A stretch of DNA of 63,881 bases, filler included, from Octopus bimaculoides (Eukaryota), in the NCBI RefSeq assembly GCF_001194135.2. It is 9 parts of 8 records of this genome, joined end to end, with 100 filler letters (N's around TTAATTAATTAA, not from the genome) between each part and the next. Parts side by side here need not be neighbours in the genome. Positions count along the whole stretch, not along the records: positions 51,343 to 62,434 come from NC_068998.1; positions 62,535 to 63,881 come from NC_068998.1; 7 more parts are not named here. One strand, 5' to 3'. Position 1 is the first letter of the stretch. Each line of letters opens with the position of its first letter. This document shows, piece after piece, positions 51,660 through 63,881 of the stretch. The notes beneath the pieces are model-generated. The model was not told the DNA's origin, did not search any database, and saw nothing but the letters and a program-made list of their open reading frames with translations. The position numbers and the translations under genes are program-made.

Positions 51660-52636
51660 TAACGTTCAGAATAATATTTAGCAGCAATGAAATAATTGTT
51701 CAAAATTCTACAAATTGTCAGATTCATTCTTGAAGATAGAATACTGGTCTGCAGTAAGTAGAGAAGTTTAAGTGTTGATAATGCAATAGATAGTTAAAAT
51801 ATGTGAAATTACAGAAGATTTTGTATTGTGTATAGAAACGGATTGGGAAAGTGGCAATTTGTAGCAGAAATCAAATACAGTCAAAACAACGATTTCTATC
51901 TGAGTGATGTTAGAATTTTTGTGAGAGATTTTCATTAATAACGTGGCAGTTTCTGAAGTTTTCAACTTAAATCAGTATTGTTAGGGGTAGAGCGTGTGTT
52001 GATTTGCTGTTTGTGAGATAAAGTTGTTAAGATGTTTTACTGTCAATATGTACAATAACTTGATTTTAACTATTATTGCATGAAGCAATCCCATATAAGA
52101 GCTTCTATGCAGTCGTTTGACCTACAAGGAATTACATGGTAAATATCCCTAAAATTATACCCTATTATCATGAAGAGGGGAACTTGGTAGTGTGGTCGTG
52201 ACTATATTAGGAAAAAAATTGGATGTTTACAGTTTAAACGATTTTGATTATAAGTTCGTCAACAAGAGATTATATAGAGCTAACAGAAAGATAAAGTTAT
52301 GTAGCATCGAGAATTCAATTTTATAATAGGATGCGTATTTAAATTCCTAAATGCAGTCTATTATAAAATGCTAAATGGGATGACATTACAACAGTTTCAA
52401 TGAAGGATAGCAATTGTTCCCTGTTTGCTTTCATGTAAACGTAACTGACTCAATTAGTTTCAATGAGGTTTTTCAAACTGCCTAGAGCTTCCAGTAAGAA
52501 AGAATGCCAATATTTTGCATTATATACCACTGTCCATAAGCCAAAATTGATGACAAACTAAGGCGTCTAATAATCATTTTAAATGTCGTCTTGAATTGCA
52601 CTTTTGGAAAGGTTAACTCTGGATACCGAGTGAGGA

Positions 52637-52670
<34 letters not shown>

Positions 52671-54150
52671 TTTCGCAAGTGAATTGTTGTATCCTTGTAA
52701 AAAGAATTAGAATTTTGGATTGGAACACCTACATTGGTTGGTTTAATTTTAGTTCTACACTTATCTGTCATTCTTCAAGCCAGTACCTATGTATATATAC
52801 ATCATTACAGTTGAATATGCAAATAAATGGAAGCATTAAATATGCCAGGTGGCTACGTGACTTCTACTACAAGCTATGCTTGCAAAGTTTGTCAGTATAA
52901 TGATTTCATTAGATTATCCTTATCTATATGGTTATATTCACACTATACTAGTTTGAGAGCAACTTAAGCGAACATAAGTGCGATGTTTCAAATGCAGGAC
53001 GATTATTTGAATTAACTTTCGAACATTGATGTTATCCATTTTATCATTTTGAATTGTTTTGAAGATTAAATCGATGCAGTGTGATTTTAATTCATTACAT
53101 AGAAAGTCGTAACAATATGATGCAAGCCATCATAGATTGTGAGGAAGAAGAGAACTCTAACGTTTCAGTTTAAATGCTTCATCAGTGAAAAGTTAAGTAA
53201 TATCTACAAGTTACCCTAACAATCTATTATGTCTCCCAACGCATCACCTGATTCAGGAGTAGCAATATAAGAAAACTACAAACACTAGTAGTGAAGTCTA
53301 AAAATAGAATCCTGGCTACGATGATACATTATAAGTGAATACGATTTGCAACGTGCAAGTCTTCATACAGTCACCGAAACTGCATATTAATAATAAATAG
53401 CAAAAGTGTCCTTCTGTTATTTTCGAGAATACATTTGAAATTGACTTACATCTGAAATATTAATAGAAGTGGAACAGACGTCAAATTGATTGCATATATA
53501 TGTGGTTTACATCTACATAATATATGCCAAGGCATATATTGACTCTCCGATTGGCAACTACAATTTCTCCTTCATCATCTGTCTGAATAAGTGGTTCTAT
53601 TAAAAAGATTAAAGATTTTACATAAAAAATCAGTGGATGGAAAAAAAATTGGTAGTTTGAAAATATAGAAAACAGAATGAAGGTCTGATTGTGTGGATAA
53701 ATAATCAGTAATTATATAATCTTATTAATTTCTGAGACGGAGAAAATAGTTTTGTTCATTAGCTTGCAAAAGGAGAGATAGATGAAATTCAACACTGCAT
53801 AAACAAAAGGAACCAATGTAGAGGAGATGTAATCAATATTCCAGACAAGCTGACAAGCAAGTTCCACTTAGAGTGAGTACTTGAGCTGTTTTGACAAGTC
53901 TTTCATATGTAGAATCTTTCTTTGGATAACCTGAACTTCAGTGAAATATTTCTGTATCAAAATGATAAATATTCTTATATAAGGTGTACAAACCATTTTG
54001 GGGATGTGCATAGGCAATAACAGTTGTCTGGCACCTAAATGGCTAGAAGTCATTCAAAGAAATTTAGAACAAGAACAATGAAGCTTTCATTGTGTATTGA
54101 AGAAAGATTTTATACTGTATATGTCAGAAGTGACACGCGGTATAGCAGTC
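51660..54150 (-). mobile_element. Possible highly decayed DNA transposon (hAT-like) remnants
   Basis: Only weak similarity (e.g. KLPLSQSVS resembling the PxS..SxER dimerisation motif); AT-rich with no intact ORF. Confidence 0.25.
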
Positions 54151-54522
54151 CTAGACAAGGTTATATCTTGAAATGGTAGCATTCTTTCAGCAAGCAACTA
54201 TATTGCTTTCTATTATTTTGTCTATTTTTAATTATGTTTCTGCTCATATAAATCTGTATAGACATGAGAAATTGGTATGTCAGATAAGTTTTCTGTCATT
54301 ATTAACTTTTCTCAATTTACATTTCTTCTCGCTCTATTGTTATCACCCTTCCAGTATTGTTTAACTTACTCTGAAGACAAGTGATTTTTCTTTTTACGTC
54401 TGAAATGTATATTCCTTTATTAATCTCCAAAGAGAAGTCAACTTTCGAGAATTTTACTCTGAAATTTTGAAAAACAAAGTGTCTGTACTATATTAGATTC
54501 CAGTGATGAATAAAGTGAAACG

Positions 54523-54575
<53 letters not shown>

Positions 54576-55289
54576 TGTGAGGGTGTGTACATTTAAATAC
54601 ATATGTATGTACATATATATACGCATGCATATATACATACATACAGATATATGTATATATGTATACTATCACATACACACGGAGTTGTCCACCAGTTTAC
54701 ATATTTCTTGGTTTAAGCGGTTTCACTTCAACATGCTTTTGGTTTTGATCAATTTTTATTTTGATTTACGTGTATCATTTGGAAAGATCTCTTCATCGGT
54801 TTGTCGTTTCCATTTCAGCTTTTCATCTTCGTTTCATTTTATTTTCAATTCACTTCTACGGGAGTGAAGCAGATCACACGTTGAAATAGCACTTAAGTTG
54901 GATTCAGTTTTGACTACATTGTTAAATATGTTCAAGTTTGAATAATGGAGTTTCAAATGTCAAAACCAAAAATTGAAGGAAACTTTTGATTTCTATCGAA
55001 ATAAAAGTTAAACTGTCAAATCAACTTGAAATCCAATACTGCGAAATAGTGTAATATAAGCAACATTTAGGATTTTTATAGAAACTACAAATCAAAGGCG
55101 GTGTAATTTCAGCATCGTCAATGAGTTCAAAATAGACATCATACGTAGTATCATTGTGGTTGCCTCCAAGATTACGTACAAATAGCGTTGCTATACGAAA
55201 AACAATAGTAAGCCTTTTAAATCAAATCCTCATTACAAATTAAACATCTAATCAACTATTAACAACTACCTGGGTTTTCGATCAGTAAA

Positions 55290-55900
55290 GGGTATCTTGA
55301 AAAAGCAAAAATTAAGATCGAAGCTTCATACACATGATAAAAGTGGATTATGTAATAAGATTTGTAGAATTCTATTCATAACCATCAAAATTATTGAAGG
55401 TTTCAATTCCTCAAAACAAATATTTGAAGGTGATAAAACAAGTCTGTTGTGTAAAAATGCGAAAGAGAACTTTTCTCTCCAGAAGAGTTAATGGATTCAG
55501 AGACCGTAAACATTGAATTGGATCATTGTACATTAGGTGATAGTTTCATGGCGTCTTATTAAATAATACATCTCTTAACGAACAATGAAGGAATTGCATA
55601 AAAAATTACCTCCAAGTTCTTTGGCCTGCGAGTGAAAATATCATGGATCACTAGCATAATATTCGGAAACTGTTTTTATGAATAGTTTTTGTTTTGTTCA
55701 TGAGGCTGAAATTCATGCAAGACTTCAGAATTTTATTACTAATTGACAATGATCCACCACATCTTTGTGGTTTAGAACACCCTGACGTCAAGTTTCTGCT
55801 TTTTTTACGACCCAATATCCCACTTATTCCCCATTTAGATCAAGGCGTAATTTGAAATATTAATACATTGTATTAAGAATCCTATAATAAACACTGGCTA
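55290..55900 (+). mobile_element. Tigger/pogo (CENP-B-like DDE) transposase remnant
   Basis: QIFEGDKTSLL (compare QxFNxDETGL) and RILLLIDNDPPH...FLLFLRPN..LIPHLDQGVI (compare LLLDNAPxH...FLPPNTTS.IQPLDQGVI). Confidence 0.75.
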
Positions 55901-58900
55901 TTATGGAAGAAAACTAGTTTAATGTTTCAAGCAGGGGAAAAATTCTTTATTGTTTCAATGGCAGTTTGCAAAATTAAGCAAGACACTTTAAATGCATATT
56001 TGAATGCCATTATTCCTACATTACTAGTGAATAGTAATGATGTTAGAACAAAAGAAAAAAGAAAAAATCTACACATAAACATACATAATATTGCCTGTTC
56101 AAGATGAAGGAATGGATGATTCAATTTGCGAAGAAATTGAAGAACTGTTTGTAAAGGATTTAGTTGACAAGGCCACTGAAATTCCAAATAATGAAAGCAA
56201 GTCTAATGTTGATGAAGCGATTACTGAAAAAACAATTTAATAAACGAACTACTGACAAAAAACTATGGAAGCTAATTTCAATATGAATGATCTTAATATG
56301 GAACGCAGATTGAACTTTCAGACCAAAATAAGGCAAAACATCGTGGAAAAAAATTACGTGACAACAGCTATGTAGAACACTGAAGAAGAAGCTAGTAATA
56401 GTAGCAATGGTACGGATGAGTTTTAAACAACAGAAAATAGTGAGATGATACGATAAAATATTCAAATGAAAACGATAAACATTGCATACAAAGACCATAT
56501 TGAAAACAATTGGTCTTTGGTCTTTCTGAGGCACCACCTTTAGATATTTTACCGGATCATATCTACCTCAGTACATGTTTCAATGTTTTACTTATTTCAT
56601 TGATCTCCCTTTAGCCAACTGCTACCTAATAGAACATAAAGTAACATAATGCAAAAAGAATGCTGCTTTACAGGAACAGACATATACAGACACACTTCTA
56701 CAATAATCGTATTTTAATAGTCTTATAAATAGATATGTAGTACGTATATATTACATGGAAAAATGCGAGCAAGAGAAATAATATTCTTAAGATTATAAAC
56801 CTGGAAAATTACAGGACAAGTTATTACACTTGGAAAAGTTTAGAACAACTTATTACATCTGATAAAGTACAGAACAAGAAAATTTATACTTAAAATATTG
56901 CAGCTAAGGATAAAATTTCAAATAAAATATTTAGATTTAGAAAATATTAGCTTTTATTAAAACTAAAAATTTTATCACAAGTTGTTACTTCTATTTGATA
57001 TTAAAAAATAACACAATTAAAATATTTTTTGCACTTTAAAAAAATCATTTTGCTAATTATTAGCTAGTAATTAGAAATTTGCAAATAGACTATAAAAATA
57101 ATAGCAGTAGATAATTAGTACAATAAATAGAAAAATAGAAAAATTAGTTATATATTACAGGAAAATCTACCTATAACAACAAATTCACAGTAAAGTTATT
57201 GCGAAGTTTTCACATTTTTAGTCTTGATCCAATGCCCTTTTCGGGGCTACTTTATTTGAATTCGGACTATCGGGTAACTAATTTCATGTTATTACATAAC
57301 CGACCTCTCAATTTGGGTATTCATAACTTATTGGGAATTCATAAAAACACGATCCTGTTTAAGACAGTTCGGCATTCTCTGTAAATGCACAAAAACCGTT
57401 TTAATGGCTACATACTTTATATTGTTGTTATTGGATTAGCGAAACAATTATGAGAACGGAACCAAGGGATAAGCCCCGATTTCCCGGGAATACGTCAACT
57501 AGNNNNNNNNNNCATATGTACATACCTTCCTACATACATACATACATACATATATATTCATAAACACGCATATGCCTCGCCACATACATGTATATTATGC
57601 ATATTAATCGATTTTATTCTACCTTTCACTATCAAACTAAAATATTTAGTATATTTTGTTCTGCGAATTTTATGGAGTCCCCTCACCTAGAAAGCTTTCG
57701 AGTTTCTCTAAAAATTGGTATGCATCTCAAAATGCAGTTCGCGGAATTAGGATTCGGAATTGAAATGGTCATTCACACAGAATCAATACATGTACAAATT
57801 CTATAAAAGGCCATGTAACATCCAATGATTGTTTACAAGAAGTGGATGAAAATGTTTTTTCAGTTGGAATAAGATTCATTCAGTTTATCTGAATGAATCA
57901 TTACAACCAACATTAGTTGAGATAAAATATGTTACTATCTAGAAAAATTCTCTATTGGAAATATACCGTAAATTTCACCAAAAATAGCAGTTAATAGCAG
58001 TGAAAAATACAAAAACCAAGAATCATGACCAAAACGAAAACGGTGACTTTAGTCAGAGATGTGGTAACCACTTACAAATATATAGCGATGGATTCAGACA
58101 GCTAAAATCACAGTTCACAGCATGATTTAAGGTGAAGTCACTAAACGAAAGAAAAACTGTGCCATCGGTCGATAGAGAACCTTCTGACTTCATGGCACCA
58201 ACAATCAATCAAATTGCTAAAGAACAAATTGCACCAATTGAAGCTCCCAGTATTTGGAGATTAGAGGTGGAAAACAGATGGGAATCACGGAAATCGATCA
58301 AAATGATAGCACAAAACAATACATCATTTATTTCTCCTCCTTTCCCCATGTCTTTCACCAAAATGACTGACAACGAAGAACATTGGATAACTTGACGCTA
58401 TCATTGGATGGAAAGTGAATTATAAATTCACGAACTACCAACTACGATTTCACTAGAGTTGATCTAAAATCTAGGTGAGCTGTCTATGAGAGACGAGAGA
58501 AAATAATAGCCCTTGAACACGAAGTACGAGACGTGAATAGAATATTACAAGAAATTAGTACAATCAATTGTAAGGTTACATTTTGTTCACAGACGGCGAA
58601 ATGACATTGTTTGTTTCAGCTTTCTGCGTCCTGATGTCAAATCTCACCGAGTTGACTGTTCTCTTTCATCCTAACAAGGTCGATGAAATAAAATACTAGA
58701 TAGGCTTACCGTTTAAAGAAAACTTTTTATTCCCTTACCAACATTATATGGCTTAAAAGAAAATGATATGGGCGCTGGATTTTCCTTGTGATTAAACTGA
58801 AAAAAAAATCTTGTAAATGCTCTTCTTCGGTTTCTATGGAGTGGAATGTAAAGAAGAAGTGGAATCACCATGCTGTATGCTTAAATGAGCCACAGAATAC

Positions 58901-60610
58901 CGACTGTGTAAATGTCTCATCTAAAAGATTCAACCTCTGTTAATAGCTGTTCATGTTTGCAAGTATGTCGCCGAACAAATAATGTAATGACGATGCGTGG
59001 ACAGGAAGAAGAAAAAGAGTTTGGGGCTCTTCACAGAGCTTTGCTTATCAACAAAGTTATCCTTATGAAAATGAAGTTACAAAGCTAAAGCTCTACCGAC
59101 GGTGTGGCTAAACTATAAGAAACTGTTTTACTCCGCCCTTTACTCGCGGACACAGGAGCCATTCAAACTTGCGAAGATTCCTTCTGTTAAGAATGTTAAG
59201 ACTGGCTTTAATATGACCTACATAAGGACAGAAACAAATGTTATCATCATAAATGTTCAGATTATCCATGAAACTATTCCAGGTGGATAACTTGTCTGTA
59301 GTGCTATATGTACTGTAGAGAACACTTCGTCCACCCTGCTAAGGAAATACCGAAGCATCGGATTTCAATATTTAGAGGAAGTTCCCAGTGTTTGAAGATT
59401 GGAGTTTAAAATTAATGTCACGCACAGATTTTTTGTTGATAACCAATAATCCTATTGAAGAAATATTTGTGAATTCAGGAAAATGTTACAACTAGTGCTA
59501 ACGTCCTCATGAGACAGGAATGAAGTCAGGTTAAGGCAAACGTTCCTGTTTGGAAAACAATTTAGAAAATTTGTTGACAAAGCAAATAATATAGATACAA
59601 ATGGCCAGCTTATTTCTTCTATCGACAGTGATGAAAGCAGCATGAGTTACAAGACAAAACCTATTGATGAAGTTGCTATAACTGACTAAAACACCTGAAG
59701 GTAATGCCGAAATCCGATGATTTCGTGACGTTGAAAGAAAAGTGAAAAAAGTTTAGATCAGTAAATGATTTATTTTCTGTTATAAGCAGAGAAATATCTT
59801 TTGCTCGACAACATAATGTTTTTTACACCGGAAGCAAAAGCATTACAAGATATTTATGCCAAGAATTTATTATCATTCCACATATTACGTTTATTTAAAT
59901 ATAATATCTGCTTTGGTGTTATCAAAAAACTCACGGAAATATTTTATCGGTCATATGAATAGGTCAAAAATTTCTCAGACAAAATTTAACCAATCTTGCA
60001 CCACTTCTCGACTAAACGACTTCAGTAAGAGACATCTTATCTTGCCAGTAAATTGGCTGTCACAGAGAGCAATTGTTATTCCAACTACTATGATGTTAGT
60101 CGATATTATGAAAACATCAAATACAAGCCAAAAGCTGCTGGAGATGAGAACATTAAAAATGTAAACAAACCGCCGTCATCATCACCATCACTTAACTCTG
60201 ATATATCTTCCTATGACAAAGATGATTTTAAAATATATAAAGCTTAAAACCTTTTAAAATCGTAGTTTCAAAATAATTGTTTTCAATTTCTCTAAGCTAT
60301 CATTAAACAACAGACCACTTTTGACGAGAGTAAGGGAAAAAACAACCACTTTCATGTTAAAAGTTATTGACTTGCCGCTGGAGATCGTATGAAAATATAT
60401 GTTAGCACGCATATGATAATCAATATCTTCTAGTATACAGCTGCTGTCATTCTGAAAGAACACCTAGGTTATACTTGCAATACACATAGTAATGAAACAA
60501 CTCAATCTAAGCAACTCAGATTTATCGCGCAACTGGAAGAATCAACAATCTGCGCACCAGAATTGAAAATGGAGAAGCTCTGACAGTCTTTCTGTTTTCC
60601 TCCTCCTCCC

Positions 60611-60652
<42 letters not shown>

Positions 60653-62007
60653 AGTGGTAGAGACAAACAGAGAATAGTAAAAGCACATTAAAGGGGATAT
60701 AAATAGAAAGAGAAGAAAAAAGTGATCGCGTTGAAGGCGGCTGTTTGAAAGAACGGGTTCAAAGGAGCTACTAGTCTCAGCTTAATGCAATATTAAGTGC
60801 ACCAAGATTTCTTTCTTTAGCTAAAATCGTACAATATTGAAAACGGTTAGATTTACTTCCACAGCAACATTAAATAACATTCCGACGAAAGGGACATTCA
60901 TCTCTAAATTGCATATTTAGAGGGATGTGAAGGACCAGACAATTATCCATCTACACATCTCTAATGATGTAGGCGTAAGTATGATAAACTAATCAGGAGA
61001 AGAAACAAATACATAGATTCACCGTGTTGCGAACACCTTTTTGGGTGATACGTAAGAGATTTCATAGTGGATTAAATTGTGATCATATCGTGTGGCTTTC
61101 ACATCCAGAAACGTATCTCATTATACTTCAATCAATCAATTATCAAATTTCATGACGCTCACAATCTTTCACTGGAATTCAAACTACTTCTTAAAAAGAA
61201 GCTGTTTTCTTTTTTTTAGTGAATTGGTATAAAAAAATTACATTGACATCTGTTTAGGGGTGCTGACAGAAACTCACTATTAGAATTTTTTTCTAATAAG
61301 TTACACACACTCTGCAATAGTGAGTACTTCTATACAACATATATGTTTTGTGCATGTATAGAAGTATTTCTTTAGATATATTCTAAATACATGGGTTTTG
61401 TCGGATGACTCTTCAAGTGTTATCATTCAACGGCAACAGACAGAATGTGATGATAGACTGTATCCCACAATGCTGTTGCAATAACAGTACTACTGGATCG
61501 CCTATTTGGAATACCTAACTGATTTATAGAGAAAGTTCGCTTCATAGCTAATAAAAGCAACTGGAAAGCCTCTATTGAAATACATATATGGATAGTGTGT
61601 ATATCTGAGAAAAGTAGCTTCTGATCAGTCTAGATAACCTTGGAGTGTTGTTCATTAATAGCATATATAAATAAATCATGTGTTCAGAGGTTAGAAGAGC
61701 AAGATATTAAGGAGCAGAACTAAGCTCCTCAAGAATTGCTCAATTGCACACATAGATATGCTTTACAACAATTGTTTGAATAGTGTCCCGGAACGAACTC
61801 ATAATGGAGAACACTACATCCAAACAAAAGCCAATGCGAGGTTATGTTACATGTAATCTACATAATGATTCTATCATCTCTTGAATCAGGTGCCGTCAGA
61901 CCGTCATTTAAAAATGTTTTTGTTAAATATTGTTATTGTTTTTTATTGAATAAAATTTGTTGAAACAAAGCCGCAATAATTATGCACCAACCCAATATTT
62001 CTTATAG

Positions 62008-62105
62008 AGGCAGGCGTGACTGTGTAGTAAGAAGTTTGCTTCCCAACTACATGGCTCTGGGTCCAGTACCATGGCGTGACATCTTCGGCTAGTGTCTTAC
62101 TGGGA
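62008..62105 (+). mobile_element. OK-like SINE 5' part
   Basis: gactgtgtagtaagaagtttgcttcccaactacatggctctgggtccagtacc. Confidence 0.75.
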
Positions 62106-62534
62106 AGTAGAGACTTTCTGACATTTAAATCACCAAACATGTTAGAACGGTGTAGTTATCTAAATTTCAGCAAAAAGACTTCATTTGTTTATTAGAAACT
62201 AACAATATCGTTTCAACAGTTCAGCTAAATATAACTGTGTATCTATCTATCTGACGTTATTTCTCTCTCTTTCCCACTCTCATCTTCCCCTATCTCTCTC
62301 TCTATAAAGACATAGAGATAATTATTCATGTTTAAACACACACATTCAAAAAATAACTCAGCACTAATATTCAGTGTGAGGTCCAGAAAAAGTATTTCTA
62401 ATAAGGAAATTACAATTATATGTCATTAATACGCNNNNNNNNNNNNNNNNNNNNNNNNNNNNNNNNNNNNNNNNNNNNTTAATTAATTAANNNNNNNNNN
62501 NNNNNNNNNNNNNNNNNNNNNNNNNNNNNNNNNN

Positions 62535-62850
62535 TATCACCATCATCGTCATCATCATGACCATCGTCATCATTGTCATCACCACCATTACTACCACCAC
62601 AACCACCACTACCATCATCATCATCATCATCGACATCATCATCACCATCATCATCATCAACATCATCATCAACATCATCATCACCATCATCATCAACATC
62701 GTCATCATTATCACCATCATCGTCATCATCATGACCATCGTCATCATTGTCATCACCACCATTACTACTACCACAACCACCACTACCATCATCATCATCA
62801 TCATCGACATCATCATCATCAACATCATCATCAACATCATCATCACCGTC
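62535..62850. repeat. (ATC/ACC)n-derived block duplicated in tandem (period about 174 bp)
   Basis: atcaccatcatcgtcatcatcatgaccatcgtcatcattgtcatcaccaccattact begins at about 62536 and again at about 62710. Confidence 0.85.
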
Positions 62851-63133
62851 ATTTTGACGATTGTTATATTGACAGCCTTTCGTTAAAAACTTTTCATTTC
62901 GCCCAGTCTCATCTTAGATTAATTTATATTTTCAGAACATTCACACATTTCACACACACAAAGACACACATACACACACACACACACACACAAACAGATT
63001 AACACCACCAACACCACCACCACCACCACTACCNNNNNNNNNNNNNNNNNNNNNNNNNNNNNNNNNNNNNNNNNNNNNNNNNNNNNNNNNNNNNNNNNNN
63101 NNNNNNNNNNNNNNNNNNNNNNNNNNNNNNNNN

Positions 63134-63328
63134 CAAAGCCTGAAATTTGGGGGAGGGGGATAGTTGACTTCATCGACCCCAGTGTTTCACTGGTACTTAA
63201 TTTATCAAACTCGAAAGGATGAAAGGCAAAGTCGACCTCGGGGGAATTCGAACTCAGAACGTAAAGGCGGACGAAATGCCGCTAAGCATTTTGTCCGGCA
63301 TACTAAAAGCTCTGCCAGCTCGCCACCT
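63134..63328 (-). mobile_element. OR-like SINE
   Basis: aaggcaaagtcgacctcgggggaattcgaactcagaacgtaaagg...ctgccagctcgccacc. Confidence 0.88.
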
Positions 63329-63667
63329 TACAATATCTAAATAAGAAAGAGTGATATTGATAATGTGGGATTCCTCTTGCTACAGATAACAATACTGACG
63401 TCTATAGACACGAAGCTCTACATAAATAAAATCCATGTCATCGATCTAACGGTAAGAAATAGCGGTTAAGTTTGCTTGAAACCACTTGCTTTTGAACAAG
63501 AAAAAACACGTTTTATAATGTAGACCAGGATACTTTATGTCTCATAAATATTGACTTATAACACAGCGTCCTGGCGGAATTGGAACGTCTTTGATCATTA
63601 CGTCTGGTCGATTAGGGGTGACCCGGAGCTAAATTACAACTCCAGCAACAGAGGTGTTTATAATTGC

Positions 63668-63710
<43 letters not shown>

Positions 63711-63881
63711 TGTCTATGTGTGTGTCCCTGCGCGCGCGTGTGTGTGCGTGCGTGTGCGTGCATATACAGACACACACATACACACATACACATATATATG
63801 TATGGTATGTATGCATGTATGTACGCATGTCTATGTGTGTATGTATGAATGTATATATGTATATATGTATATATGTATATA

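Noticed and set aside
57474-60300. Helitron 3' end (short hairpin plus CTAG at 57499) and Pif1-like remnants (e.g. NWLSQRAIVIPT near 60050)
   Set aside because: The stem is only 4 bp and there are only scattered weak motifs; a profile or translated search would be needed to support it.
12909-62490. TTAATTAATTAA centred in ~100-nt gaps at 12909, 20959, 28932, 34812, 43135, 44990, 51287 and 62479
   Set aside because: It is identical each time, always flanked by Ns, and is a palindrome with stops in all six frames, so it is an artificial assembly linker.

Overview
Repeat-dense, gap-rich animal genomic scaffold. It is most likely from a coleoid cephalopod (Octopus-like); this is an inference from the tRNA-derived SINE families, the (AAT)n-associated R4/Dong LINEs and the extreme microsatellite load. 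Two protein-coding loci are well supported. (1) The large terminal exon (16397-18297, +) of an activin/inhibin-beta-like TGF-beta ligand. Its predicted mature region is about 484 aa because of a 167-aa acidic/Gly extension and a 246-aa Asn/Ser/His/Gln-rich segment between cystine-knot cysteines, and its cysteine pattern is altered. (2) An apparently single-exon GT11 alpha-1,2-fucosyltransferase (49487-50665, +). The rest is transposon debris (CR1-group, RTE, R4/Dong, Tx1/L1-like and Penelope-like retroelements; mariner, Tigger/pogo and possible hAT/Helitron remnants; a MITE; three SINE families), microsatellites and assembly gaps. Main leads: the giant, internally expanded TGF-beta ligand; a palindromic tRNA-head/(AAT)n/hammerhead-core element at 28988-30515; and a nest of elements inserted in (AAT)n tracts at 39.7-44.4 kb. 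Transposon boundaries are approximate and all family assignments come from motif recognition, not database searches.
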